From: Mobula hypostoma
Lineage: Eukaryota
DNA length: 64,000 nt
NCBI RefSeq assembly: GCF_963921235.1
Contig: NC_086108.1
Span: forward strand, 13,020,001-13,084,000
Direction: 5' to 3'
The notes below the pieces were generated by a model, which was not told where the DNA came from, did no database searches, and saw nothing but the letters and a program-made list of their open reading frames with translations. The position numbers and the translations under genes are program-made. The stretch's first letter is position 1. Each line of letters opens with the position of its first letter. Shown piece by piece: positions 13,671 through 27,209 of the stretch.

Positions 13671-14879
13671 TTTAATAATAGAGAAAAAACTGTGTTACGT
13701 TAAGTATATATATTAAATAAGTAATGCTAAAATCAAAATTGAAAAGTAGTGAGGGTTCAGTGTCCTTTCAGGGCAGTACAGTAGTGTAATGGTTCGCACA
13801 ACACACAGTACCAGCGACCTACGTTCCATTCCCCACCCCCCTGCTGCCTGTAAGGCGTTTGTACATTCTCACCGTGACCTCATGGGTTTCCTCCAGGTGC
13901 TCCAGTTTCCTCCCACAGTCCAAAGACATACTGGTTGGTAGGCTAATTGGTCATCAAGATTAGGCTAGGATTAAATCGAGGGATTGCCGGGTGACGTACT
14001 GGTTGGTAGGCTAATTGGTCATCGTGATTAGGCTAGGATTAAATCGAGGGATTGCTGGGTGGTGTGGCTCAAAGACCGGAAGGGCCTGTTCTTCACAGTG
14101 TCTCAATAAATAATGAAAAAAACAAATGGGATGGCAGAGGGAAAGAAGCTGTTCCTGAACCATTGTGTGTGTCTTCAGGCTGAGGAAAGCATTAAGATAA
14201 TCTTGTGTTCTGGCCAACATTCCCCAGTGGAAATAGCGACTGTCTGTAGCAATTATAAATGGGTGTAATGATTGGAGCTTCTGAAGAGAGAAGGTGAGCT
14301 TCTGGGCATGTCAGCTCAGAGCAATAGGTTCACTTTAGCTGTGCAGTGGGATGTGATTGGAGATGAGGATACCGACAGGGGCATACAGATGACTGGAGTG
14401 GAAACTGGTTTGGATGGATTGTGGAGGTGGTGGTGGTTAGAGAGGTGGAGCTTAAGCTTGGGCCCTCAAAAGAAGTGATGCAACATGGAGATTTGGTGTT
14501 GACGGAAGTGCAGTGCTGGGATGGGGCAGCGAAGGAGGAAAGCTGTTGTAATTTGAGGTTCCTGTCCAGTAACGCACTGGGAACTCCATGTTTTCCCACT
14601 GGTCGCTCTAGGAGGCCCTGGTCCGATATCCATTGCATTGATCCAAAATGCAGTGATGTTCGGGGAAGCACGTCAGCCCAAAAGCTCATCAAACTCGGCC
14701 TGATACGCAAGGGTGCCTCGAGCGTGAAACTACCCAGCCAGGTTTGTGGAGGGATATGTGAAACAACCCAGAATTAGTAGTTATTGCATTTCCTGTTGGA
14801 TGAGGAGATCAGTTTTAATCCTCATAGTGCTTAAACTTCAAATTTCAAAATAAATTTATTACCTAAATATGTATATGTT

Positions 14880-15482
14880 ACAAGGATGAGATGTTGAGGC
14901 TTAATAAGGCACCAGTGATGCTTCACTTGAAGTATTGTGAACAGTTTTTGGCTTTTATTGAAGAAAACATGTGTTGACACTGGAGAGTGTTTAAAGGAGT
15001 TTCACAAAATTGGTTCTGGCATTAAAAGACTTAAAATATGAGGAGTGTTTGATGGCTCTGGGCTTGTACTTGCCGGAATTCTGAAGAATGAGGGGGATCT
15101 CACTGAAACTTATCAAATGTTGAAAGGCCTTGATAGAGTGGATTTGGAGAGGATGCTTCTTACGGTGAGAGAGTCCAAGACCAAAGAACACAGCCTCAGC
15201 ATAGAGGGAGGTCCATTTAGAATGGAGAAGATGAATTCCTTTAATCAAAGAGTCATGAATCTGTGGAACTTGTTGCCACAGTTGGCTGCGGAGGCCAAAC
15301 CATTGAGTATATTTAAGGAAGAGGTTGATAAATTCTTGATTAATCAGGGCATGAAGAGAACTGGGGAGAAGGCAGGAGATTGGGGCTGAGAAGGAAATGG
15401 ATCAGCCGTGATGAAATGGTGGAACAGACTCGACGGGCCAAATGGCCTAATTCTGCTGCTGTATTTTATGTTCTTATGGTCT
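14880..15482 (+). mobile_element. CR1 3' fragment
   Basis: GDLTETYQMLKGLDRVD...QRVMNLWN motif and CR1 3' end. Confidence 0.85.
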
Positions 15483-16079
15483 GATATGTCTGCATATAGT
15501 ACCTTGAGATTCATTTTGTTTCAGGCATTTACAGGAAAAATAAAGAAATATGATAGAATTATGAAAAACTAACAACAACCAATATGCAAGATAGAATAAA
15601 TTGTGCAAATAATAATAAAATGAATAAATAATACTGAGACATGAAATGTCGAGTCCTTGAGCACGAGTCCATACGTTGTGGAACCATTTCAGCAGAGAGG
15701 TGAGTAGAGGTATCCACCCTGCTTCAGGAGTTCGGTGGCTGTAGAGTCATAACTGTTCGTGCCGCCTTTGTGATGGCACATACATGCCGGGCCCAGAGCA
15801 CACCTTCTGATGTGGTACTGCCAGGGAAGTTAAAGTTACCGGCCCTCTCTACCTCCAAACCCCTAATGAGGACTGGCTCATGGACCTCTGACTTCTTCCT
15901 CCTGTGGTCAATAATCAGCCCTTTGCGTGAGTGAGAGGTTGTTGTTGTGACACCGTTCGACCAGACTTTCAATCTCCTCCTTTTCTATAAAGAAATGGTG
16001 AGTAATTGAATTGCTGAGTACAGCACCCTGGAAGATGTAGCTGGCCCCATAATGATGTTTTCTTTCCCTCTGATGTCAG

Positions 16080-16182
16080 TGCACCTCCCCTCTGACTGGG
16101 CTGCGGACACTGGAGCACTGCTGCCGAGGAGGAGGAGTGGGCTGGGGAGTGACCGAGTGTAGCGAGTGCCCGGTGTCTCCAG
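16080..16182 (+). CDS. LTBP4: LTBP4-like hybrid-domain exon (CTSPLTGLRTLEHCCRGGGVGWGVTECSECPVSP)
   Basis: Acceptor tttctttccctctgatgtcag|, donor G|GTAAGC. 103 bp, phase 0 to 1. Resembles recalled LTBP4 CASPLPGLRTQEVCCRGAGLAWGVHDC. Too short for the ORF track. Confidence 0.9.
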
Positions 16183-16329
16183 GTAAGCATGGATCTCCAA
16201 CTTCCGTGTAAGTTATCTTCGAAACTGTGTGAGCTCACGTATCTTCCTCATACTCAAGATATTTGTAATTTCTGTGTGTCTTTCCCAACACTGTGTTGGC
16301 AGCGCAGTGGTGCAGCTACAAGTAGAGCC

Positions 16330-16955
16330 ACTGCCGGTCATCCAATCTTCTATCCATGCTAGTTTATTTCCTGTCATTCCAGGGACTTTCATTTTGTTTA
16401 GCAATCTCACCTGAAGCATCTTGTCAAAGACCATCTGAAAATCCAAGCAAACAACATCCACAGACTCTCCTTTGTCCATCCTGCCTGTTATTTCCTCATG
16501 GAATTCCAATACATCTGTCAGGGAAGCATTCCCCTTTAGAAAATCATGCCTACTGTGGCCTATTTAATCATGTGCCTCCCAGTACCCGGAAACCTCATTC
16601 TTAATATTGAGTCCAATGCCTTACCAATCACTGCAGTCAGGTTACCCGGCCTATAATTTTCTTCCTTTTTCTGCCCACCCTTCTTAAAGAGTGGAGTGAC
16701 ATTTGCAATTTTCCAGTCCTCTAGAGTCACTCCAGCACCAGATTGTTGAAAGGTCACCGATAATGCACTAACGCTTCTACAATCTTTTCAGCTATCTCCT
16801 TTAGAACCCTGGGGTGTAGTCCATCTGATCCAGGTGACTTATCTACACTCAGACCTTCCAGCTTACCAAGCACCTTCTCCTTAGTAACAGCAACAGCACT
16901 CACTTCTGCTCCCTGACACTCCTGAATTTCTAACTTTCTGCTAGTATCTTCCACG
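16330..16955 (-). mobile_element. CR1 RT fragment
   Basis: Minus-strand DKSPG.DGLHPRVLKE, DWKIANVTPLFKKG and LDFQ..FDK motifs. Confidence 0.85.
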
Positions 16956-18084
16956 GGTTTGGGACGGGGGAGACAGGTGGCATAGGAAGGTCCTGCCTGC
17001 TGAAGTAGCTTGTTGCCATAAAGAGTTTGGTCATCGGTATTACATGATGAACAAAGGATAGCACATAAATGCACAGCTGATCTTGACCTGGTTGAAGGAC
17101 ACGTGGACTAGAAGAGGCCTAAGTATCCAACTGTTCTTCTCATGAATGAACGTTTATCTCATTTCTCCTCTCCCCAAAGCACTGAAGCTTGGCTTGAAAA
17201 GCGGAGTCCCCAAAAATGGAGGTTTAAGAATTTGCTGTTAAAGTACAGATGTTGGCTAATAACATATTTCACTATATGATCAGGACTTTTTTCCCTTTTT
17301 TCTTTCTTTACCAAACAGCTTCAATCTTGGTAGTGGGTTTAGATTTTTTTTATATAATAAAATGATCACATTTCAATATTACGATTTAATTTAATTTACA
17401 TGAATATAGGGTAAAGAGATTGCAAGTGTGACTCAAATATATTTGGTATTATTTTATCTTTTTTTGATTTATAATATATATCTTTGTGTACTCTGTATTC
17501 TTCTATGTAGAACTTAATAAAAATATTGAAAAAGAAAGAAAGAATTCTGACCTCCAGTACAGCATGCAAATGTTCAAGGACGTCGTACCCAAGGATGAAG
17601 GACCACAGCTATTTGACCTGTAATCCGTAGAGATCATTCGTTCAAAAATTCATAGTTCTCATACAGTATGTGAGGTGTGTCGATCATGAGCAGATTGATA
17701 CTTCCATGGAACTTGTTACAGGGTCCCACCTATTCAACAGAGACCAGAGAAATTAGAGAGTCCAGGGCAATACTCTGATTTCTACATGGCAGTGGCTCTC
17801 TGGAAAATGTTTCAATGAAATCCTCACCTCCCCTCCATCATTCACTTACCCTTCCCACCCTTCATGGCCTCTCTTACCTACCCACTCCAATTTCTCACCT
17901 CTATATCAATCCTCTGTCCTAATCTCTCACACCCTATGCTCACCCTCTCCCTCCTTCTCACCATTGACATTAAACCATCTCCCATTCTTCCAGCCTCTGT
18001 GTCTCTCATCACATCCTCCACTTCCCTCTTGCTCTGACCAGTTTGTTGTGAACAGTTCCAAAAGTGAAGTTATTGACCCTAGAG

Positions 18085-19205
18085 GATTATGTAGAGTCAT
18101 AGAGTCACGGAACACTACATCACAGAAACAGACCCTTCGCCTATCTAGTCTGTGCTGAACTATTAGTCTGCCTAGTCCCATTGACCTGCACCTGTATCAG
18201 AGCCCTCTACCCCTCCTATCCGTGTACCTTTCCAAATTTCTCTTAAATGTTAAAATAGAACCACATCTACCACTTCCGCTGGCAGCTCATTTCACACTCT
18301 TGTCACCCTCTGAGTGAAGAAGTTTCCCCTTATGTTCCCCTTAAACATTTCACCTTTTATCCTTAACTCATAACCTCTATTGCTAATCTCACCCAACCTC
18401 AGTGGAAAAAGCCAGCTTGCATTTACCCTATCTATGTCCGTCATAATTTTGTATACCTCCATCAAATCTCCCCTCAATTTCTACGTTCCAAGAAATAAAG
18501 TCCTAACCTATTCAACTGTTCCCTATAACTCAGGTCTTCCAGACCTGGCAACATCCTCGTAAATTTTCTCTGCACTCTTTCAATCTGATTGATATTTTTC
18601 CTGTAGCTAGGTGACCAGAACTGTACACAACACTCCAAATTAGGCCTCACCAACATTTTATACAACTTCAACATAACATCCCATCTCCTGTACTCAATAT
18701 TTTGATTTATGAAGGGCTAAAGCTCTCTTTATGACACCATCTACTTATGACATTAGTTGCAATGAATAATGGAATGGTATTCCCAGACCTGTCCCCTCAG
18801 TGCCCTATGGCTCACTGTATAAGTCCTACCCTGGTTTGTCATCCCAAAGTGCAACACCTCACACATCTACATCTGTCCTTTCTCAGCCCATTTTCCCAGC
18901 TGGTCCAGATCCTGCTGCAAGCTTTGATAGCCTTCTGCGTTGTCCACTGCACCCCCAATTTTGATGTCATGTGCAAATTTGTTGATCCAGTTTTCAGATC
19001 ATTGATATAGATGACAAACAAGAATAGACCCAGCACTCATCCCTGCAGCACACCACTAGTCACAGGCCTCCAGTCAGAGGGGAAACCATCGACCACTACT
19101 CTCTGGTTTCTCCCATAAGGCCAAAGTCTAATCTAATTTACTACCTCATCTTGAATGCCGAGCAACTTGAGCAGCCTCCCATGCGGAACCTTGTCAAAGG
19201 CTTTG
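18085..19205 (-). mobile_element. CR1 3' fragment
   Basis: Minus-strand LYKMLVRPNLECCVQFWSP and RGDLMEVYKIM motifs. Confidence 0.85.
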
Positions 19206-19465
19206 TTGTTTGGAAGCAGCCACCTCAGGACGTAGCCTCTTGAACTTCAGTTACTGTGGTCCTGAGCTCTGTAACCAGACTTCTGCAGCACTGAGATATC
19301 CAGGGACAAAAAGTCACCCTGTGGCCACCACCCCCTCCCCCGCCGCCGCACCAAGGCCAATGGCTTTGGGCCTTAGATTGAGGCTTCATTGTGTCTTGGG
19401 TTCGGTCATTAATAAATTCAATGTTTCCTCTTTGTTCATTAATAATCTGGTCCTTTATTCTGCAG

Positions 19466-19516
19466 AAAATGACTGCCCGCAAGGATTTCGGAAAGCAGCT
19501 GACGGTGAATGTCAAG
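19466..19516 (+). CDS. LTBP4: LTBP4-like short exon ending the hybrid domain (ENDCPQGFRKAADGECQ)
   Basis: Acceptor tttattctgcag|, donor G|GTAATG. 51 bp, phase 1-1. Carries the CPxGFxxxxGxC motif. Confidence 0.85.
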
Positions 19517-21203
19517 GTAATGTAGTCAGCATACCAGAGGTTCTGGAGCCTGTTCCTCTGCCACTTAATGCCCTGGGTAACCCATTACGGTATGGTGCTG
19601 GGTGGCAGTAACGTCAGCAACCAAGGAAAACCCCATGTCAAAGCCACACCTCATGAGAAATGATTTCATGCGGGGATGTGGTGGGACACCTGCTAGTCTC
19701 TGTCGTGAGTGTTGATCCATCTGCCCATTAGTGCCCTGGGCAGGACATACACTGTGTGATAAACCTTATATGTGAATATTCATTGCAATACAGTGTGGAA
19801 TAGACCCTTCCACCCCTTCGAACCACACTGCTGAGCATTCCCCCAATTTAATCCTAGCTTAATCATGGGACAATTTGCAATGACCAATTAAACTACCAAC
19901 AGGTACATTTTTGGATAGTAGGAGGAAACCAGAGCACCAGGAGGAAGCCCAGGCTGTCACGAGGAAAATGTGCAAACTCATTACAGCAGCGGTGGGGATA
20001 TTGTAAGCGCTCACAGTCTGGGTGCGGGCAGGAGGAGCAGTTTGATTGGATGCGGTTTTCTTTGCCCTGACTTGCTGCGGGTATCACTGCTGTCCAACAC
20101 TTCCCAAATCAACAGCGGCGTTTCGATGGGTAGGCAGAGTTTGGCAAGAGAGAATAAGTCATGGTTTCATTAACTGGCCGATACAGCAGGAACTGGAATC
20201 CTACTGGTACAATGCAGTTTGCAGGGTAAATGAGTCTTTGTAAAAGTCGGGAGGATAGAAGCACCTACAGTAGTAAGGCCACTGGAGAAAGTCCAGCAGC
20301 ATCTGGGCTCATAGATTAATAGTGGTATTTGGAAAATCCCATTCCCTCGTTCTCAGTGACAAGTGCAAGGAGAGCAGGTATTTGCCTTCACTGATTTATG
20401 TCATTTTCTACACGTCCTGTGCATTCTGCACATTCCTCCCAACTAATTTGTATCCTGTTATTTATGGACAAAATTCCACACTTGCCATGTTATACTTATA
20501 AGAGCCATTCGGAGCCAAACTGAAATATCAGACGGGAGAGGTAGAGTCTAGCCACAAAGGCCATAACTCATTACTTCATCCAACAAAACCTTCCCGTTTC
20601 CTCCCATATTTGGCCGTTCTTCGGCACAAGTCTTTCTGAAGATGTGATCCTACTGCCAATTCCAATCAGAGTGTTACATTAGGTAGTCATGGGCAACAAC
20701 TCCCACCTCTCCTACCAAGTTAGACAGTGGCCCCATCTTCTGTAACCTGCTCTTTATCACAACTCCATCCTGACCTTTTCTGGTACCATCTCCTCCTCCC
20801 CCACTAGAGAGGGTAGTTTCGGGTTCATGATGGGCAGTAATCCCAAGGGAAGTGTGTAGAATAATCCTGCCGCTGTTCTCTGAGCGCATGTACTACATGA
20901 TAATGCTGCTACTGGAAAGGACCGTTCCGGTAACAACAAACAAGTGAGGATTATAGCGTAGATGGTTAAAACAGATGGCAAATCCAGGCTCTTCCTTAAG
21001 GATCTTTCCTCTTCTTCTGAAAATGATCTGGGCATAAAATGTAAGTACAAAATAATTGTTCAGAAATCCCAACCATGGTTATTGTAGTTCTCGTAAAACA
21101 TGAAAGTAGAAGTATGCTTTTAACCCTGTGCTGCCCACCCCCACCACCCCGCCACCCCGCCCCCAGTCTGCAGAGCCTAAATCTTTTGTCCTGCTTCTTG
21201 CAG

Positions 21204-21326
21204 ACATCAATGAGTGCAGCTGGCCAAGAATCTGTCAGAACGGCAAGTGCATGAACATGAGAGGCAGTTACAGCTGCGTCTGCAACCCTGGCTACGTCCA
21301 AGATACTTCCAAGAGCCGATGCATCT
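21204..21326 (+). CDS. LTBP4: LTBP4-like cbEGF exon (DINECSWPRICQNGKCMNMRGSYSCVCNPGYVQDTSKSRCI)
   Basis: Acceptor ctgcttcttgcag|, donor T|GTAAGT. 123 bp. cbEGF consensus D-x-N-E-C...C-x-N-x-x-G-S-Y-x-C. Confidence 0.93.
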
Positions 21327-21669
21327 GTAAGTGATCAAACTGACAGGACGAGTTCACACAGCTTTCTCCAGGAAGCATGGGCAACTCCAGCACATCCATA
21401 ACCTTGCACACAGTTGTAAAGACTTCCTTGTAGAGCTGCTAAATACCTTCCACCACTCTCCTCCTGGCAAGCTGTACCCATAGATTCATCTATGACAGAT
21501 GAAACTCATGAGCGCCCAGAAGGAGAATATTTAGACGAGTATACTCAGTGGAGAACACTATTTTAAATATCACCACACTAACTAACCCCATGATCCTGTG
21601 TGTCAGACTATGTAGGTTCTACAGTCCCCTCCCTTTGGTCCTGTAGCAGACCTGATAAAATCGGCTAAG

Positions 21670-23950
21670 TTAAATTTGGTTTCCTTCAGGGCAAGTCTTG
21701 CCTGACAAATTTTTGGGAATTCTTTGAAGAAATAGCGGGCAGGATAAGCAAAGGAGAGCCAGTGGATGTTGTGGACCTGGATTTTCAGAAGGCTTTTGAC
21801 AATGTGCTGCACACGAGGCTACTTAACAAGCTATAAGCCCATGATATTACAAAAGATTCCAGCATGGATAAAGTAGTGGCTAATTGGCAGGAAGCAAAGA
21901 GTGAGAATAAAGGGAGCCTTTTCTGGTTGGCTATCAGTGACTAGAGTTGTTTCACAGAGTCTGTATTGGGATGATTCCTTTTAGGTTTTATGTCCATGAC
22001 TTAAATGATGGAATTAATGGTTCGTGGCCGAGTCTGGGGATGATACAAAGATAAATGGAGGGGCAGGCAGTATTGAGGAAGCAGAGAGGCTATAGAAGGA
22101 CTTGGGCAGATTGGGAGAATGGGAAAATAAGTGGCAGATGGAATATAGTGAAGGGAAGTGTGTGGTCATGCACTTTGGTAGAAGGAATAAAGGCCTACAT
22201 TATTTTCTAAATGGAGAGAAAATTCAGAACTCTGTGATGCAAAGGGATGCACATCCTCAGCCACTAAACTCATAATTCCCACACCCCGTACCGCTGGGTT
22301 TTACCTCCTCCCCAAGAGCCGCAAGCCTGACTGTCCCATGCGACTTCCGCCACCTTCAACAGGACCCCACCACTAAGCACATCTTTCCCTCTCCAGCCCC
22401 CCTCCGCTTTCCGCAGGGATCGGTCCCTCCGCGACTCCCTGGTCCACACGTCCCTCCCCACGGATCTCCCACCTAGCACTTATCCCTGTAAGCGCAAGTG
22501 CTACACCTGTCCCTACACCTCCTCTCTTGCCTCCATTCAGGGCCCCAAACAGTCCTTCCAGGTGAGGCAACACTTCACTTGTGAGTCTGTTGGGGTCATC
22601 TATTGCATCCGGTGCTCCTGGTGCAGCCTCCTCTACATCGGTGAAACCCGACGCAGATTGGGGGACCGCTTCATTGAGCACCTCCGCTCCGTCCGCCACA
22701 ACAGACAGGATCTCCCGGTTGCCACCCACTTCAACTCTGCTTCCCACTCCCATTCAGATATGTCCATACATGGCCTCCTCTACTGCCATGATGAGGCTAA
22801 ACTCAGGTTGGAGGAGCAATACCTCATATACCGTCTAGGTAGTCTCCAGCCCCTTGGTATGAACATAGAATTCTCCCCCCAACTTCCAGTAATTCCCTCC
22901 CCCTCCCTTCCCCTATCCCTATGTCACTCTGCCCCCTCCCCCAGCTGCCTATCACCTCCCTCATGGTTCCGCCTCCTTCTACTACCCATTGTGTTTTCCC
23001 CTATTACTTCTTCACGTTTCCTGCCTATCACCTCCCTGCCTCCCCTCCCCCACCACTTTATCTTTCCCCTTACTGGTTTTTCACCTGGAACCTACCAGCC
23101 TTCTCCTTCCCACCCCCCCCCACCTTCTTTATAGGGCCTCTGCCCCTTCCCTCTACAGTCCTGACGAAGGGTTTCAGCCCGAAACGTCAACCGATCTTTT
23201 CCACGGATGCTGCCCGACCTGCTGAGTTCCTCCAGCGTGTTGTGAGTGTTGCTTTGACCCCAGCATCCACAGATTATTTTGTGTTTATGAGATGCAAAGG
23301 GACTTGGGAGTCCTTGTGCAGGATTCCCTAAAGATTACTTTGCAGGTTGAGTCTGTGGTGAGGAAGGCAAATGCAATGTTTACATTCATTTGAAGAGGAC
23401 TAGAATATAAAAGCAAGGATATAACACTGAGAATTTATAAAGCACTGGTGAGGCCTCACGTGAAGTATTGTGAGCAGTTTTGGGCCCCTTATCTAAGAAA
23501 TGATGTGCTGGCATTGGAGAGGGTTTAGAGGAGGTTCATGAGAATGATTCTAAGAATGAAGAGGTTATTGTATGAAGGGTGTTTGGTGGTACTGGGCCTA
23601 TATTCGATGGAATTTAGAAAAATGAGGAGGATTCTCAATGAAACCTATTAAATATTGGAAGGGTTAAATAGAGTGGATGTGGAGAGGATGTTTCCTTTGG
23701 TGGGGGATTCTAAGACGAGAGGGTATAGCAGAATAGAGGAACATCCATTTAGGGTGGTGGATCTGTATAATTCGTTGCCACAGATACCTGTGGATGCCAA
23801 GTCATTGGGTATATTTAAAGCTGAGGTAGACAGGTAATTGATGAGTCATGGCGTGAAAGGTTATGGGGAGGAGGCAGGAGATTGGGGTTGAGCATGATAT
23901 TAACTAGCCACGATGGAATGGCCTCATTCTGCTCCTATGTCTTATGGTCT
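21670..23950 (+). mobile_element. CR1 RT/3' fragment interrupted by a Penelope-like element
   Basis: CR1 sequence is continuous across the insertion at gatgcaaaggga and ends in ...gctcctatgtcttatggtct. Confidence 0.85.
22248..23290 (+). mobile_element. Penelope-like retroelement, 3' portion with GIY-YIG endonuclease
   Basis: ORF 22562-23134 reads FTCES.GVIYCIRC..C.LLYIGET.RRL.DRF.EH...HF...LQPLGMN. 12-bp flanking duplication GATGCAAAGGGA at 22236-22247 and 23291-23302. Confidence 0.9.
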
Positions 23951-24609
23951 AACACAGGTTCTACTGCCCTCTCCCTGTGGTAAGGGTGAATAGATCCTCG
24001 ATCCCTCCGGATGGGAGAGGGGGCTACCCTGGGAAATTTCAAGTCCGAGACCCATAGTTCAGTACAGAGCAGGGTAATCCTTGTGGAGCAGCAAGCTGAA
24101 GTGGCCTGTCCCTCACCTCCAACCCCAACACCCTGACCTTTTCCATCTGGCCCAGCGTTTAAATCCTCATCCAAATATCGGGTTCAATCTCTTCGATATA
24201 CTCTGGGGCCTGGAATCTACCGTCTCAATTCGACCCAGAACTTAAATTGATTGACCTACAGGTCTTCCTCGCTCTTGGCAACTGCCTCGCTTTGCCTCTG
24301 TCCTGCCACATTGGATTGCCTTCAAGTCCAAAGGGAAGTTACAGACTATTGCTTGCAATGGTCGCTCGCCAGAAAAAGAGTGATTAACGAAGTATTTAGC
24401 TGTTTTCCTTAGATCGTTGGCCACCAGCCAGAAGTGGCTGAGATTCACCAGCACCATCTTAAACCAGCTGAGTTCAACCTGCTGAGTTACTCCAGCACGT
24501 TGTTACTTGCAGTAGGTGTTGCATAGTAAAATGTGGGAGATTTTTAAGTGTGATTTTGTGAGTACTGCTTGCATTTACTGAATGGCTCACTGGGATCTCA
24601 ATGTTCCAG

Positions 24610-24774
24610 CACAGCAGGTTATCTCACTGACCCGAGGACCCTGTTACCGCATTTGGAGGAGTGGGTTCTGTTCCCTGCCTGTTGTCCAGAACATCACCAA
24701 ACAGATCTGCTGCTGCAGTCGTGTGGGGAAAGCTTGGGGTCCCAACTGCCAGAGGTGTCCTTCTCTGGGCACAG
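24610..24774 (+). CDS. LTBP4: LTBP4-like TB (8-Cys) domain exon ([55 protein letters not shown])
   Basis: Acceptor ttccag|, donor G|GTAAGC. 165 bp, phase 1-1. [17 protein letters not shown] matches the recalled first LTBP TB domain. Confidence 0.93.
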
Positions 24775-25677
24775 GTAAGCTGGAGGGTGGGGGACCCAGG
24801 TGCAGGAGAGAAAAGGAAGAGAGGGAAAGAGTGGCAGAGAGTACAGGTGAGAGAAGCGATGGGGAAAGGGGATGAGTGATGAGAAATCAGAATCAGAAGC
24901 AGGTTTAATATCACCGGTGTATGTCGTGAAATTTGTTGTCTTTACGCCAGCAGTACAATCCTCCAAATATCCGGACCTGCATCTCGGTTTTTTTGCATTA
25001 TCTTACTTTCCATTTCTCTATTTTCTATTTATGATTTATAATTTAAATTTTTAATATTTACTATCGATTTGTAATCCAGGGAGCAAGAAGCGCAGAATCA
25101 AATATCACTGTGATGATTGTAAGTTCTAGTATCAATTGTCTGGCGACAATAAGGTATAAAGTATGAAGTATGAAATGCATAATGATAGAAAAAATGTCAA
25201 TTACAGTAGGTGTATATATATATATATAAAAAATAGTTAAACTAAATAAGTAGTGCAAAATTAGAAATAAAAAAAAAGTAGTGAGGTAGTGTTCATGGGT
25301 TCAGTGTCCATTCGGAAATCACTTGGCAGAGGGAAAGAAAGCTGTCCCTCAGTTGTCGAGTGGACAGACGGAGAGTATTTATGTCGAGGGGAAAGAGAGG
25401 TGGAGAGGGTTAGGGAAAAGAACGTGCAAGTCTGGGAGAGAAGGAGAAGCAGTGGAAGTGTCGGGGTGGAGGGAGGGAGGTGAGCAGGAACGCATCGCGT
25501 TTCGGAAGGGGGGAAAGAGGAGATACGTGAAAGTGAGTGAGTGGTGTGGACAGGAGGAAGAGAAGGAAGGGGAGATCGAACAGAGGAAAGCAGAGGGAGT
25601 GGTAAGGACGGGGGGGTGGGGGAACTGCAGGAGCTACATAATTGAAGGGTGCTGTATCTCCACCTTTGCCTCTGCAG

Positions 25678-25839
25678 GTGCATTCCGGGAAGTCTGCCCT
25701 GCTGGACCTGGCTACCACTACACCAGGTCAGACCTCCGATACATCAACCGGGTGAACGAAGAGCGTAACCAGAACAGAGAGCGGGTGAATCTGGTGCGGC
25801 AAACCACCACCCTGGCACCTCGTGGCAGACACACTGTGG
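25678..25839 (+). CDS. LTBP4: LTBP4-like exon: end of TB domain and start of hinge (GAFREVCPAGPGYHYTRSDLRYINRVNEE...RHTV)
   Basis: Acceptor tttgcctctgcag|. FREVCPAGPGYHY..SDLRY closely matches recalled LTBP4 FREICPAGPGYHYSASDLRY. Donor taken as G|GTACGC (162 bp, phase 1); the exact end is less certain. Confidence 0.88.
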
Positions 25840-26148
25840 GTACGCTTGTAGTGGGCATGTTGAAGAAAAGGCAGGGCTGTGCAGAATGGTGTGGCAGTGG
25901 GTGGGCTAGGGCATTGTAGGGCTGCAGGGAAGGGAAAAGTCTTTGGGATGTTCAGGCAATGATGAGATGTTGAGGTTCAAGAGCCTGGGGGATGGTTGGA
26001 GGGTGAATTGCGGGCAGCGTTTCAGGGTTGGGTGGGAGATCAGTGTTGGGGATCTGTCACAATGCTGATTCAAGGTAGTAAACAGGTCATTAGAACCCAG
26101 AAAAGGGCAGTAGTAATCTTTCTCATTTTCTCGCCATTGCTGGTAAAG

Positions 26149-26229
26149 CTCCCAGGTTGAGAGAGATGACAAATGTCACCAGTTCGCCTACAACTACCAC
26201 CACGGCCCTGCCTCGGAGAACAACCCCAG
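26149..26229 (+). CDS. LTBP4: Probable Thr/Pro-rich hinge exon (APRLREMTNVTSSPTTTTTALPRRTTP)
   Basis: Pyrimidine tract, then aaag|, and donor CAG|GTGCGT. 81 bp, phase 1-1, open frame. Composition fits an LTBP hinge, but there is no conserved motif to confirm it. Confidence 0.55.
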
Positions 26230-27209
26230 GTGCGTGAATTCATAGCCAAAAATCTCATGAAATGATCTGGTTTGAAAGCACAGGGAATTCTTGCAATCAA
26301 GCATCATAATCAGTACAATAAGGATCTAACCTTCTGTTAGGAGAAGCATCCTAGCCTCAGTCTCCGGCAGTCCTTGATGCACTTGAATGGCCAGCAAGGG
26401 CCAAACACCTTTGTTTACCTGCAAGGCTCTTTTGTAATACCTCGATAGACTGAAGCTTCTCACCGAATCAGGACCTAGACCAGGGGTTCCCAACCTGGGG
26501 TCCATTGATCCCTCAGTTAATCGTAGGGGTCAATGGGAACCCCTGATCACTGAAGCCACAGAAACACCAAATGGCAGAGATTGCTGTTGACCAAGTTATT
26601 AGCAACTGTTGGCAGTGTCCTCTGTTATCCCTGTTCCATAAGACCATAAAAAAATTTATTATCAATTTCATATACATCCCAATATACAACCCTGAGATTC
26701 ATTTTCTTGTAGACATACTCAGCAAATCTATAGTATGGTAGCAATAACTGGATCAATGAAAGATCAACCAGAGTGCAGAAGACAACAAACTGTGCAAATG
26801 CAAATATCAGTAAATAACGATAAATAATGAGAACATGAGATAATGAGATAAAGAGTCCTTGAAATTGAGATAATTGGGAGCATTTCAATGATGGGGCAAG
26901 TGAGTGTAGTTATCCCCTTTTGTTCAAGAGCCTGATGGTTGAGAGGTGGTATCTGTTCTTGAACCTGGTGGTGTGAGTCCTGTGGCACACGTAACCGAAG
27001 GTAGAGATAGGAACTGGAACAGGCCATTCTGTCCTTGAGTCTACTCCACCATACACGGAGATCATAGCCGACCATCTATGCTAGCATGTACCTCCACCGA
27101 CCCCTTAACCTCTGCGTCGCTTAATTTTTAGAAATCTGTTGATTTGTTTCTGCATTCGCAACAGCACCTTTATTTCCTGCAGAGAAAAAAAAGAAAGCTC
27201 ACCTCTGTC

